Below are positions 49,410-61,945 of a stretch of 64,000 nucleotides of DNA, piece after piece. Under the pieces are notes generated by a model that was not told the origin of the DNA, did not search any database, and saw only the letters and a program-made list of their open reading frames with translations. This DNA is from Calcarisporiella thermophila CBS 279.70 (taxonomy: Eukaryota > Fungi > Calcarisporiellomycota). The stretch is taken from contig NW_027192201.1 in assembly GCF_041956535.1 (NCBI RefSeq), positions 424,206 to 488,205 on the forward strand, in the 5' to 3' direction. The position numbers and the translations under genes are program-made. The stretch's first letter is position 1. Every line of letters begins with the position of its first letter.

Positions 49410-50417
49410 AATGGGCCTCAACTCCATTGTAATTATTGCGAAAATAGAATGGTTGCAAAAAATATATAATTCTTCCACTAGAACTTGACGCGCTGAATGG
49501 CGCGCCACTCCTTAACAAAGGGACACGATTCAGACGGTTGATGTTGTACGCGCTAGTAAAGAGATCAATTCGAGCCAGCAGTTGTGTGTAATATCAAATT
49601 GAACGTGTTCCTGATGAGTCCAAGATTGAGATGGTGAGCCAAATTAGATTTCGCTTGAATGAGAAAAATCTTTGGGCACCACAGCAGAGGAGAAGGGGAT
49701 TGGCGGTGGCAGGGAATCGGGAATGAGGGCACGGGATGGGAAAACGCGGACTGAAGGGGGAGACACCAAGCTGTGCTGGATGGGGGGGCAAAGGAATAAG
49801 GTCGGTGGCACTTTAACTTCTAGGAAAAAAGGATATTAAGCAACACAAAGGAGAGAGCTTCCGTCAGAACCTGAATGGCTCAGGATTTTGCGTAACCACT
49901 TTGCAAATCAATCTGCTGCCCCTCCATGAGAAGGCAATTCGACAAAGCCTAACCGAAAGAAAGCCCCTGATGATCCAGGATTGCCACTCGCATCGGAACT
50001 GCAGCGTGCTTCTACGGCCCCCTCCGGCTGATACGATGGCGGATTGCTGCGCATTCTCCCCCACGACCGACTGCGGTGGGCTAGCCGGCCTTGCGCTTGA
50101 CCCAAAAGAACGGGTCCTGGTTCCCCGCGGATAAACGAGGAATGGGATCGGGCTATTTGCCCCAAAGCATCCATCCGAGTTTAAGAATGGGCGCGATTCC
50201 CGCAATCGAGCCTCATGCTCAGCTCGATTCCGGAACATTTTTCTAGAACTTGCGTCATCACTCCATTGCCAAGAGGGGAACTATATTCATATATTTTGTC
50301 GGCTCAGGAGTATCTCTGCCCCTTGATCCTTTCATTTCTCTTCATCCTCAGCCTAGGCTCATTTGAACCCTGCAATTGTAGTTTGATTACTGGTTATTTC
50401 CTCAACCGACATCCGAA

Positions 50418-51206
50418 ATGAAGGCCTGCTGTTTCTGTATTGACCTCAGGACGGCAACCATCTTCCTCTCCCTTATGGGAATTCTTAGCCATGTTTTTTC
50501 TGGCATTACTCTCTCCTCCGTCAATGACATGGGCGATGATCAATATCTGATCCCGGTTGTTTCCGCCTACAATTGGATTGCAGCCCTGGCTTGTGCACTT
50601 GGTTTCGCTGGCGTGTTCAAGGTGAGTCTCATTTTTCATCATGATTAATTCATTGCATTAGTGCTCATGGATCCTGGTTATTTTTAGAAAAATGCTGCTT
50701 TGGTTAAAGTTTTCAGCATCTACTATTGGCTTGATCTCTCTCTCGGCTTTGCGTTCATTACTTTGTTCAGTATCTTTTCGTTCGGCTTCAGAGATGATCT
50801 GTGTGATGCCATTGTCGAGCAGCCGGATCTCGACATCACCCGTGAAGAATGTCTAGCCAATTATTACACAATTTTGGGCATCGCACTAGCTGCTCAGGGC
50901 ATCTGTCTTCTCATCAAGGTAATGCTGCTAAATAGTTCTTTTTCCGCCCCCAGCAAGGGTATCCTAACGTATTGTATTCCTGAATAGCTCCATTTCTCCC
51001 TTGCCATCTGGAACTACTATCGTGCCTTGGTGCGGGAAGAAGAGCAGTACAGCGTACCCTACTCATCCTACTATCCCGGCAACTACCGCTTCTTGTTCGG
51101 CACACCTGGCTATGCTTACTCCAACGTGCCCCAGCATGCCGATGAAGCTGTTCCGCCACCTTACGAAGATACCAAGATGGCCACATCCGCATCTGTTAAG
51201 CAGTGA
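50418..51206 (+). CDS. Four-TM membrane protein, LAPTM-like architecture; 3 exons
   Basis: MKACCFCIDLRTATIFL; 4 hydrophobic segments; loop with 2 Cys; Tyr-rich tail ending ...VPPPYEDTKMATSASVKQ*. Confidence 0.75.
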
Positions 51207-51692
51207 ATTTTTTTTTTGTCTTCAAGAAACAAGCTTCCTCCAAAAGCAATTAGAAATGACTTGATTTTTCATTTCCTTCCTTGCCCGCTTTCATTGTAAG
51301 CGCTTCCTTATTTTGTACTTTTTTTATTTCGATATATATCACATAGGAAATATCAATTTAAATACATTCGTTTTGACTAGTACTTACTTCAGTTATTAAA
51401 AAAAGTCTATCTCACCAAATTTTGCTTCGCATGCCATATGACTTTAGATGGGGTTCATGCATAAATCATCGTGAGCTGGAGAGTGGGGAAAGGGCGCCAA
51501 GGCTTCGGGCAATTGGGTTTTCAATTCATTAGCGCCCAGCAAAATCATGCCCCCTCTTCCCCACAATGGCATCAGCTCGCATTAGAGCTTCGTGGGCAAC
51601 CACCTAAAAGATTTTGATAGTGGAGCAAAATCCCCCCATTTTTCTCTTGCTTGCTGAAGTGGTCCAACACTGGGTACCAAATACCATACAAA

Positions 51693-51992
51693 ATGGGTAT
51701 CATATGCTATGAGTGCAATGAAGACGTTGGAACCCTGCCCGAGTACTACGCGCATGTCGAGGAGCGGCACCAGCTCGGCAAAGATCCCTACCACTGCTTG
51801 CGTTGTGGCCAGGGTATGGCAAGTATGCATGAAGCCAGTCTGCATAGGTGTATAGATAAAGAGGAAGAGGCGAGGAAAAAGAAGGAGGAGGAAGAGAAAA
51901 AAAAGAAAGAGGAAGAAGAGAGCGAGGAGAGCGAGGAAGAAAAAAATGAGTTGGAGGTGGACCCGTGGTCATCGTGCTGTACTATTTTATAA
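51693..51992 (+). CDS. 99-aa protein with two zinc-finger-like motifs, E/K-rich linker and CCaaX tail
   Basis: MGIICYEC...HVEERH; YHCLRC...HRC; EEEARKKKEEEE; VDPWSSCCTIL*; A-rich context caaaATG. Confidence 0.75.
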   Translation: MGIICYECNEDVGTLPEYYAHVEERHQLGKDPYHCLRCGQGMASMHEASLHRCIDKEEEARKKKEEEEKKKKEEEESEESEEEKNELEVDPWSSCCTIL

Positions 51993-52450
51993 GGTCTTTG
52001 ATGACCACGCACTCAGGATGATAAAGTGCCTTGTATTCAAGTTTTCTCGTACATTACTAGTGCTATACCATTACATTTGTGAATGGCTGTATCTCCTCGT
52101 GTCAACTTCCTATTCACGGGACGTATCAATAGACTCTTTTTCCAACTCGCTACGTAGCTTATAAACAAAGGAAGAGTTTTTTCTTTCTTTCTTTAGGCCT
52201 ATATGGTATTCAGCACATTCACACACTTTTGAGTATAACTGTACATAAACTTCTTTACCGTCTCCATCTTAAATCAAAAGAAAGAACAAGCGAGAAAGGG
52301 AAGTTAGAGGCGAAAAAAAAAAGGTAAAAATTACACACAAAAGGGAAGATGAAAAAAAAAAAATATAAAAAAATGAGAGTATATAGTCTATTCCATTTTT
52401 TTTTGGGTAGAGTCAAAAAGTTAGAGAGTAGGATCAGTATATAAATAGGA

Positions 52451-53075
52451 TTATTGTGGGCTAGGTGCTGGGGTTTGTGGCTGTATGTCGGGAAGCTAAA
52501 AGACGACGAAAGAGATTGCTTTAGTCTCTAAAGATATCCACAAAATGTCACCAGCTCGCTTACCTGAGGCATAACCGGTCTATTCTGCTCGGCAGTAAAC
52601 CTATTCATAGCAATTCCGATACCTTCTATAAGAGCAAGAATAACCCCTCCAAACACAGCCGAGGTAGTGGCGATCTTCAACCCTCCTCTTGCACTCAGTA
52701 CACCTCCGGTCACGAAGCCAGACATGATCGAATTCCAGGGGTCCTCCTTTTGGCGCAACGATTTGAAACCACAATCAAAAGTGGAGAAGAGACCGCCCCA
52801 AACTGCGAAATTGCCGCCAAGCACAGGAGCTCGGGCCTTCATAGCAGAGAGAGCACCAGCAAGACGTTCGCCCTTGGGACTGTTTTTAGCCCCCTTAATG
52901 GTATGCCAAATACCGCCACCAATAGCGCCCATAGCAAAGGCACCTCCAGCGTCGTTAACAATAACCCATGGGCTGTTCAGCGAGCAGCAAAATGCAAATT
53001 AAATTAGCAACATGGTAACCCCAAGAGAATTCATTATACGTACCAAGGATCCCGACTATGATCAGCTCGAGTCAT
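52451..53075 (-). CDS. TIM17: Mitochondrial inner-membrane translocase subunit Tim17; 3 exons
   Basis: [30 protein letters not shown]...[21 protein letters not shown]...[17 protein letters not shown]. Confidence 0.97.
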
Positions 53076-53321
53076 TTTTTAATATTAAGTATTTCTGAAA
53101 ATGAAAAAGAAAAAAATGTATATATAAATGGATGGGAATCGAAAAGATTTCAAAAGAGGTGACCACTCGGACAAAAGGGCTTCGTTGAGTTGGGGAGGGG
53201 GTAAACAAGAGGTGACGTATCCATATTTGCAGTCACAAAATTAAGGATTCATGCTCAACAGACAATTGGGTTCCTTGACGCGTTATTTCCCTTCCATCCC
53301 CCCTCCATAGAGTTAGAGGCG

Positions 53322-55650
53322 ATGGAGACACAAATCCCCTACGATCCCAGCTTATTGTCATGGAATGAACTCCACACGGTGAATGAGAGTCATCAATACT
53401 GCTATTGTGGCCGGGATCGAGACTTGTCAAAGCTGGAGCTCCAGTGTCAATGTAGGTGCTTCCGATTTGGCGGAGAGTAGAATAGCATCGGCGAATTTTC
53501 TAATGCACGCCTTTAATGTCCTAATAGCATGTTTAAATTGGTTTCACGATGACTGCCTCTCCGTCTCGCTCGGTCCCGTGCTACCTTTTATCACCAATTA
53601 TCGATTTGTATGTCGCATGTGTTCTCCTTCCCACGAGGAGTCTTTCGAGCGATTGCGGGCCGGCTGGAAGGAGATATGCGCCACTGCGGTTGCCAATCAG
53701 TTGCTGGAGCATCTTCTAGAAGACAATCGTTCAAACTCCTCTGTTGTTAAACACAGTCTATATGCAGACCGATGGGCGGAGGAGTTGAATCCAGGGCAAT
53801 ACTGGTTCAACAAGAAAGACAATTTTGTGCCTTTTGTGGATCGGAATTGGAAAGCCCTGTGCACGGAGAGATCTCGGACCAGCACATGGTAAGAAATAGC
53901 CCATGCTGACAGACTTCTAGTATTACAGCGTCTTATTCATGGAATTCAACTTATAAAGGTGGGCAACTCTCGGAAGCTGTCTGTATAGCTCCAAGGACTT
54001 ATTTGAGGCTCGAGATGAGGGCAATCGCTCGGCTGCTTCCGATTTTCGACTTTTCAACCCCAACCTGTGGGAATTTCGGCCAATCTATAACCCTGTAAGT
54101 GGCACCACCCCAACTCTATAGGATGCCCATATCCTCTAACCCACCCATGATAGAATGTGCTTCCTAGAGGCTATCATCCAGGGCGCCCACAGCGTGAGCC
54201 CAAACGCAAGTCCGAGAGCGCAGCTGACTCTATTGGCCAAGCCAGTAGCAAACGCCAAATCAAGCGAAGCCCATCTGTGGCCGCCCAAACACCTTCCTCC
54301 GCCTCCACCCCTCCGCAATATCTGCAGACCACCTTCACCTCCTCGCAAGAACACCCGTTCAATACAAACCGCTTCCGATACAACTTCGCTGTCCCTAACC
54401 CGTTGATGCCCCACGTACCCTATCGTCTCCCCGACAGTCGCAACGGGTTGACGCTCAGTTTAGAGGATCGGTGCACCGGCATCCGGTACAATCGAGATAT
54501 GACCACAGCGATGGGCGAAAAAGGCTTCCGGATGGCAAGAGCGACATGCGGGGTACAAGAGGGCCGGTGGTATTTCGAGGTTTTCATTGACAAAGGGGGG
54601 GGGGAGGGTGAGACTAAAAATAGCCGCACAGGTGCTCATGTGAGACTGGGATTTGCGCGAAGAGAGGCGAGTTTGAACGCGCCGGTGGGCTTTGACGCAT
54701 ACTCTTATGGCGTGAGGGATTCGACGGGGGAGAGGGTCTTTTGCTCCCGGCTCTCACGATTTTGTGAGCCATTTCGTACTGGTGACGTGATTGGGGTGTA
54801 TATATCGCTACCGCCGTCCGGCTACCAACGCAAAACCCCTATTCCCGAGTTGGGACGGGGGCGGGGGCAATTTAAGAAGCCGGCCAACAAATTCGCCTCG
54901 AGCTCGGCGGCCACGCAGCAGGGGGCCTCGGCCTTGCGACAGCGCATCCCGATCAACTTCAAGGGGTTGGTGTACTTCGAGGAGCGAAACTACATTGCCT
55001 CGAAACAAATGGAAGAGCTCTCGCAACCCCCGCTCTCTACTCTGACTGGGTACCGCCCAGACTGGGAAAAGAAACAGCTTAACGGGAGTGGTGGCGACGA
55101 GGCGTTGAAGCCATGGGAAGCCACTGACACCAATGCACTGCTCTCCCGCCTTCCCTCAGACCTTGCGCGAATTCCCGGGTCGAAAATCATCATCTATAAA
55201 AATGGAAAGTGCCAGGGGACCGCCTTCGAAGAGCTACTGGACTTCAGAGCCAGCGTGGATGCAAGCGAGCACCAGAATCTGGTGGGGATTCATGGGCCGA
55301 TTCGGGGGGATGACGGAAGCTTGGGATACTACCCCGCCGTCAGCGTCTACGGCGGAGGGCAGGTGACGCTGAACTTTGGGCCAAGGTTTGTGTTCGCCCC
55401 GCCAAACGACCCGGAACTCGAGGCTTCAAATGGGACATCGAATCCCAGTGACGTGCGCGAACAACCCCCCAAGAGGACGTGGCGCCCCATGTCGGAAAGA
55501 TATCCGGAATTTCTTGTGGAGGAGTGCGTGTGGGACATGGTGGATGAGATCGAGAAGTGGGAAGAGCGTAAAGAGCTCTCCAGAGAGGGGAGAGAGGAGA
55601 GTATGGACGCGGTGATCGATGTCATGGTGAAGGATGCCATCGAGGACTGA
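53322..55650 (+). CDS. ASH2: COMPASS/Set1C subunit Ash2 (PHD-like + winged helix + SPRY); start approximate
   Basis: YCYCG.DRDL..LELQCQSCLNWFH; PF.TNYRFVC..C; STWWATLGSCL; EHPFN...RY; SPRY GFRMARAT.GV.EG.WYFEV, HVRLG, PVGFDAYSYG, YYPAVSVY.GG.V.LNFGP. Confidence 0.93.
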
Positions 55651-56074
55651 GCGCAAGGGGTGAGGAGGGACGAGGGGAGAGAAGCTCCGAAAGGAGCTCT
55701 TCTCTCCAGTTGTGTGTAAGATACTTTTTGTTTTTCGCCTGTGTATTTACCCTATTCTTCTATAATGTACCATGACATTTCCATATACACCTTTTTTTTT
55801 CCTTTATACAATTACTTACAGAATGCAATAATTTTATTATTTCTTTCTTTTACTTTCTCGTTGTGGCATCAACCCACCTAATTTCTACATTGTAGCGAGG
55901 GCGAATTATAATTTATTATTTGAATGTGCAAAAACAAAAAAAAATAATTTACGGGACTATAGAGAGAAATTGGAGAGCTACGAAGAGTATAGGGATGGGA
56001 CATACTTTACAACACAAGACCAGGCTATAATGCAAATAGGTTGATTTTAACAATACATAAAGAGAAGGGTATGA

Positions 56075-57406
56075 TCACCACACCAAGAGAAATGAGAACC
56101 CAAATATGATGACAAGGTTGGTGAAGCATAGAAAAGCATTTGGGGAATAGACTCGGCTACTTGAACCTGCTGAGAGCAGCGTGGGTATCGGAATCTTGCG
56201 CTCCGACCTAGTGATGCTGGCCACTGGTATAGACCCGGTGACGGTGACCAGCTCAGTATCGAAAGGGTCGATCGCGGAAGGTTTTGACAAGGTGGTCGAT
56301 GGAGTTTTCGGCTGGCCGGAAACAATTCGAGTTTGCGTGACGATATCAGTGGCTGTAATAGGATTCGTGCTCATGGTAGTGCTGGAGGTCAAAGACGGAG
56401 AGGTAACACTGCTGCTAGATATTAGGGATGACAAGAAGGACGTGACCGTGATCGTGCTTGGTGTAGGAATGATGGTGCTTAGAGTGATGGTCTTCACACT
56501 GGCGGTAAGAACGCTAGTGCCGGGAAGATTTGAGAGATTCGGGCTAACGATGGAGCTGATTGCACTGGTATAAATTGTATATGAGGTGGTCGAGATAGAG
56601 GTTGATTCGGGCCCAGAGGTGATTGAAGGTATGCGACTGGAATCCGAAATAAAACCAGTCGGAAAAAGAGAAAGCTGGCTGGATCGGATCGGTAAGGAAG
56701 TAGGAGCGCTTCGAGACATCGACATTGAAGGTGATATGGAAATAGGTGTAGTAGTCGCCGAGGATAAGTGGCTTGACGTTGGTAATATAGTTGAAGCGAA
56801 TGATGAGATGGACGAAACCGGCTTTTCGCTAAACGAGTGAGTGCTGAAGACAGGGGAGATTATATTCGAGCTCGGCGTCTTGGTGAGATAAGATATAGAG
56901 GAGGTAGGAACAGGAAGAGACAAGCTGAGTAGTGTCGTAGAAAACATGCTCCAGCTTGATGGAGAGACGCTGGTCTCGGTGAGTAATCCAGTGGAAGGGG
57001 CAAGGGACGAACCGGATCCTAGGATGATACTGGAAAGGGTTCCAAGTGAGGAGGAAGTAGGCCTGCCGACTCTATCACTTAATGAGAGTGGCAACGTAGT
57101 AAGAGTATGTGCACGTGACAAAGTACCTGGAGCATAAGTAGCTGAGGTCGCGGACTGGAACTGTTGTGAGATATTCACAGAGGACGATGTACTAAATCCC
57201 GATACGGGAGCAAGTTGCCGTGGCTGGCGTTGTAAATACTTTGCTGGTTTCGCCTTCTTCGTAGAAAACCCATCTCTCTTCATCTTACTGGTTCCCTCTG
57301 CATTATTCGTTCCGAAATAAATATGTTCACACAAGAGTGGGAAGAGGACGGAACCGAGAGCCAGGCTTGAGAGTAGGAACAAGAAAGGGTATCTGAGTGA
57401 GATCAT
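56075..57406 (-). CDS. Secreted Ser/Thr-rich, probably GPI-anchored cell-surface glycoprotein
   Basis: N-terminal hydrophobic signal; about 350 aa dominated by S/T/P; small-residue omega region SAGSSS then hydrophobic C-terminus FLCFTNLVIIFGFSFLLVW*. Confidence 0.8.
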   Translation of the reverse strand: MISLRYPFLFLLSSLALGSVLFPLLCEHIYFGTNNAEGTSKMKRDGFSTKKAKPAKYLQRQPRQLAPVSGFSTSSSVNISQQFQSATSATYAPGTLSRAHTLTTLPLSLSDRVGRPTSSSLGTLSSIILGSGSSLAPSTGLLTETSVSPSSWSMFSTTLLSLSLPVPTSSISYLTKTPSSNIISPVFSTHSFSEKPVSSISSFASTILPTSSHLSSATTTPISISPSMSMSRSAPTSLPIRSSQLSLFPTGFISDSSRIPSITSGPESTSISTTSYTIYTSAISSIVSPNLSNLPGTSVLTASVKTITLSTIIPTPSTITVTSFLSSLISSSSVTSPSLTSSTTMSTNPITATDIVTQTRIVSGQPKTPSTTLSKPSAIDPFDTELVTVTGSIPVASITRSERKIPIPTLLSAGSSSRVYSPNAFLCFTNLVIIFGFSFLLVW

Positions 57407-57883
57407 GATAGCATCCGCCCTAGTGGTTCAATAGTGCAAATCCTGAGATGATAGTTGGTATTCTAAAAGATTGCTGCTCCAATGCAATGATTCCAAGTGA
57501 ATGAATGATTTGGATCCAAGCATGCGGCCTCATCTCACTACCTCCCTCCACGGTCCGCGGGAACACCAGAAAATGCATAATTTTAGCCTAGGTCGAAAAC
57601 CTTATTCGCGAAATTGGTGGTGGCCAAAACTAAAGTTCAATAGTAGCAATGCTGAGAGTTTTATTCAAATAAATATAGGCAGAATATGCAAGAAAATAAA
57701 TCATCGGGATATGTTCAAAACAAAGGTTGTGATTTTGAAAAAAAAAGGTCGATAGAAAAAAAAAAAAGATACAACACAAAGCGTAAGCGTCAGCCAAAAA
57801 AAAATAAACAATTATGAAATATTTTCTCTATTTGCATGGATAAATATGTAACGAGATGCGATGCAAAAGACAAGGCCGACACA

Positions 57884-59906
57884 CTAGAAATGCTCTTGAT
57901 GCATGAAGAATCGTACACCAGTTATCATTTCTGGCTGGGGAGCAAGTGCGCCCACCATTGTTTTTCTCCACGTCGACTTGCGATCGTTGCCTTTCTCGTT
58001 GACACGCTGATGTCCGGTTACCGTTGCCCCACTCCAGTCTTTCTTACACATCTCAGAGAGGCCCTTGGCGATTGCTTCGGGACCGCAGAAGAAGACACCA
58101 ATCTAAAGGACGGAGACAGATTAGAGACTCTACAAGAGCCTATGATGCAGAATGCCGGTCTAAACTTACGTCCGTGTCAGGGTGGGCAAAGGCTGTTTCT
58201 TCGAAGATTTGCTGGAAATTGGGGCGTCCGTAATAGGTTGGAGACTGCAGTCCGGTGAGGGGATCCGGTTCTGCCATGGTGGCATCCGAATTAAGCATGA
58301 TATTACGGACGTAAGACTGGCGTAGCTTTCCGGTCAGATAGGTGCGGATCGAGATGAACTGCTTCAGATCCTCCTTTTCTAACGTTTCTAGGAGAGACTT
58401 GAACCACTCGAATGCCTACCAATGAAAATCAGCAGGAAGAAGGGGGGAGGGGGGCATTATTGATGATGCTTGTGAAGCGAGGATTATCTGTGCTCTACTT
58501 ACACCATATTCACGGCAAATCCAAATGAAATACACCTTCCGTAGTCGCGTGGACTTGGTAGGGTAATTGACACGGTACCAGATGCTCTTGAGAATCGATG
58601 CAAAAGGAGTCACACCAATACCGGCCCCGACACACATGGCCACCTCGAAATCGAACACGTCCTCGCTGGAGGTTCCAAACGGACCGTCCACCATCACTCT
58701 TGGAAGCACTTTGCTGACTTCCTGGGACCCATCCTGCCTCTTCAGCGCGTCTTCGATCTTGTCACCATCACCGCACCCCAGCGCCTTGGCAAGACTCTTG
58801 GTGAAGTCGCCCACGACGCGGACATGCACCGAGATGTAGTCTTCCTCCGGAGCACTTGTGAGGGTGAAGGGGTGCCATTGCCAGATCGACACCTCGGGAC
58901 AGCACAAGAAGATGTATTGCCCGGCCTTCACCTGGGTGAAGGTCCCCTCCTTCTTGATTTGGATTTCGACCACTCGCGAGGGGTGGAGGACCACCTTGGA
59001 GACGTGGGACTTGCGGAAGAAGGCCCGATGCTCTCGGAGGATGCGCTCAAAGGTGTAAAGGACACCGCCAACCACCCAGTATTTGTAGAACGAGGCGATG
59101 TCGGTGCAGAGGGGGGCACGGTCGTTGGCCACCAAGCAGTAAGCGCCATGGAAGGAGAAGATGAAGAAGTAGATGACGAACAGGTGATGTGTGTACCAGA
59201 AGCGCTCGAATTTACTTCGTCGGGCGCGCTCCCTCGATGTCATGCCCATCAGCAAGATCACGATGGTCAGCACGTGGCCCGTCCACCCGACACCACTCAC
59301 AAACATCAACTCGAAAAACTTGGCGACCACGTTCTTTTCCGCGGCCGCCAGCCTATAGAAGTTGACATAGTGGGCAAAGGTATGAATCAGCGTGAACACG
59401 AAGATGGACCAGCCAATCACTTTATGAAATGCGATGTGTTGATCGAATGGAACAACGTGGTTGAGGCGTGTCGAACGCATCCAAGTAATAAGATTGCGGC
59501 ACATGGGGAAGAGAATTATACCGGTGTCAACGTGCAGCACCATCGCCGCTCCACGGGCTATACCGTATGTAATGCCGACGGCTTTTTGTGCGCCTCGGAA
59601 GTTATCTGAGAAGTTAGAGCGAACGAACCCATACAGGAAGAGGAGGATTTGCGATATGATCCACGCGGTCATGAAAAGCTTCCAGTAGCCTATCGTTTTT
59701 TAAGGAGGAAATAGAGGAAGGAAGTAGAGGGGATGGGGAGAAGGGAATAAAATGAGAGAGGTAACCCATTAATACCCACATCACACATGCTTCATTCTCA
59801 TCGACTTACCGTCATTAATTAGCCATATATCTAGCTTCTGCTTCCATGTTGAAGTCTTTGAACTCTTTCGAATGAGAGGAGCCTTGCTCTCGTTTTGACG
59901 TGCCAT
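57884..59906 (-). CDS. noxB: NADPH oxidase, gp91phox family (NoxB/Nox2-like); 4 exons
   Basis: WLINDGY at the N-terminus; ARGAA; heme His in FHK...IHTFAH and YTHHLF...FHG; FAD HPFTLTS; DGPFG; GAGIGVTPFASIL; FEWF; FFCGP; ends QEHF*; no EF hands. Confidence 0.9.
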
Positions 59907-61945
59907 ATCAAGATTGCTAAAGGAAAGTCACCTCTCAACCAGTTCGGGAGAGTGGGATGTATCAGACGGGTGCGAGGGAAAAAGGGGAACAGAATGTACA
60001 GGGGGCAGAGGTGGATGAATGATAGATTTAAACGATGGGATGGATGCAATGAGACTGAATGGAGAGGAGAATGAGCCGTGATAGGAATGAATTGCAATGA
60101 AGAGGAAACAACTAAAGGCGAAATGGGCAGGGGAATAATAGAGCTCTGATAAGGCTTTCACCCTAGTACCGTCAACAGAAGAAAGAACGACCCACCTTCT
60201 CCACGGAGTCTGCGGGATTGTAACTTATTTCATAATTTTCAGCGTCGAATCGAAAAGATGGGAAATATAACATCCCTGAAGTTCCGATTGGGCAGGCCTC
60301 GAGTGGGTCCTGTACCACTCTGCGATCGAGGTGTGCCAAGCAAAAAAAAAGCGGGAAGGCCTGTCTGAACACTTTTGGCTGAGCGTGATTTGGCTCTGAA
60401 TGAAATCTGGAAGATGTGACTGGGGTGCATTCTGGAGTGGCGGCTGCTCCTCCTCCCAGCCTGTTCTGGCTTCTTTGATTTCTAAGCCTTCGTATCTACA
60501 GTTCGCTGGATTATTAATGACAGGTGGGTCCTTTCTGGTCGAACTTAAGGGCCCCGGAGCCGGCGCTGACTCGCTTCCGACTTGACCGCCTCATTCCCCC
60601 CTCGCCAAACTACAGGCTGAGCTAGTGCGCAGGCTTATCTGGTATGCCGGGCTAATTGGGCAAATCTGGAAAAGATCTATCGAGCCAAATGCCTTTGCAA
60701 CCTCGACATAGCGTAGCCGGCTCTTTGTCGCTAATGGCTCGGGCTAAGATGACTCCATCAGCTGATTCAACCTATTTGGGCTGCATTAGAGCACGTTTCG
60801 TTAGCGAGTGGGTTATTGCCAAGAAGAGAGATAAATGGTAAAAAAAAATTACGGGTTTAGATGAGGAAGTTGGGCAAGCTTATGACCCAATTTCATTCGC
60901 GCTCTACCAATTTAAATGGCTAGGATTTCTCTACTAGGGCCCGTCATTAGAGTTTACAAAAATGTCAAGTTCTATTTCCAAAAAGAATACGCATTTGGAA
61001 TGGAAATAAATCGAGTCCCCAGCAAAATAAAAATAAAGGATGCCGTCATAATAAGGCAAATAACAGCCTTCTCCTATGAACATCTCTTCTACCTCCTCTT
61101 CCGTTAGTTTCGAATGCCACTTCAGAAGCTGAGTGCATTTACCGACCAAACAAGATACAAACTAGCCAGCGTGGCGATACCCCCAGGGTACCCAAGAGTT
61201 AGAAGCCTCTCAGGAGGAGTTTCAATTTCAATAGAGTCGTAGAAGAGTATTACCAAGATGCTAGGTGCAAATAAGGAAGCATATTCAGACAACGTTCAAG
61301 CACTTGGTGTGCTCTCCGGGGATTGCGTGGGAACCTAGGTTCACCTTTCCATAGGTACATTCGATGACGCGGTCCCTTTCCATTCCAAGCTCGAGTGACA
61401 AGGCAAGGGCTCGTAGAATACTAGAATTTGCATTCAGATGCGCAATAGCACCGATGTCAGAGGTAACACTTGGCATAACTTTTGGCTAACTCAGGTGTCG
61501 ACACGCCTCGTTCTCCACAATATTTAAAGAGGCTAGAGCTTTACCGCGATGAAAGTTCCGAAGGCTTCAGTGCGGAGAAGTGAAGTGAGGGCCCAGTCGT
61601 TCGTCTCTAGCGAATGCTTGAGGGGGTGCGCAGTAAAAGTACGGACAGGGCAGCCTAGAACAGGAATATTTATAATGGATGCAAGTATGTATCAAGCAGA
61701 CAAGAAAAAAATTCAAAGAGATGGGGTAGTAATGTATCCCCACTATAGGCAGGGTGAGTGACGACCAGCTTCTCTTCATTGCCGGTCTCTATAGCCGCGT
61801 ATGAGACTAACACAATTTTATGATTTTTATTACATGTATCTCTCCTTCAATATTAACGTCATCCATGGGCATAAATAGTAAAAAGTAATATGCAAGAAAA
61901 AATAGAGGTATCTAGGAAAAAATACATTGAAAAAACAGAACAACA

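Noticed and set aside
58824-59609. 261-aa antisense ORF over Nox (similarly 22751-23458, 21736-22509, 7682-8341)
   Set aside because: Expected by-product of GC3-rich codon bias in the real opposite-strand genes; no motifs
60900-61800. Short ORFs and coding-like composition between Nox and the small membrane gene
   Set aside because: Multiple stops in all frames and no recognisable motif; a pseudogene or TE remnant cannot be supported
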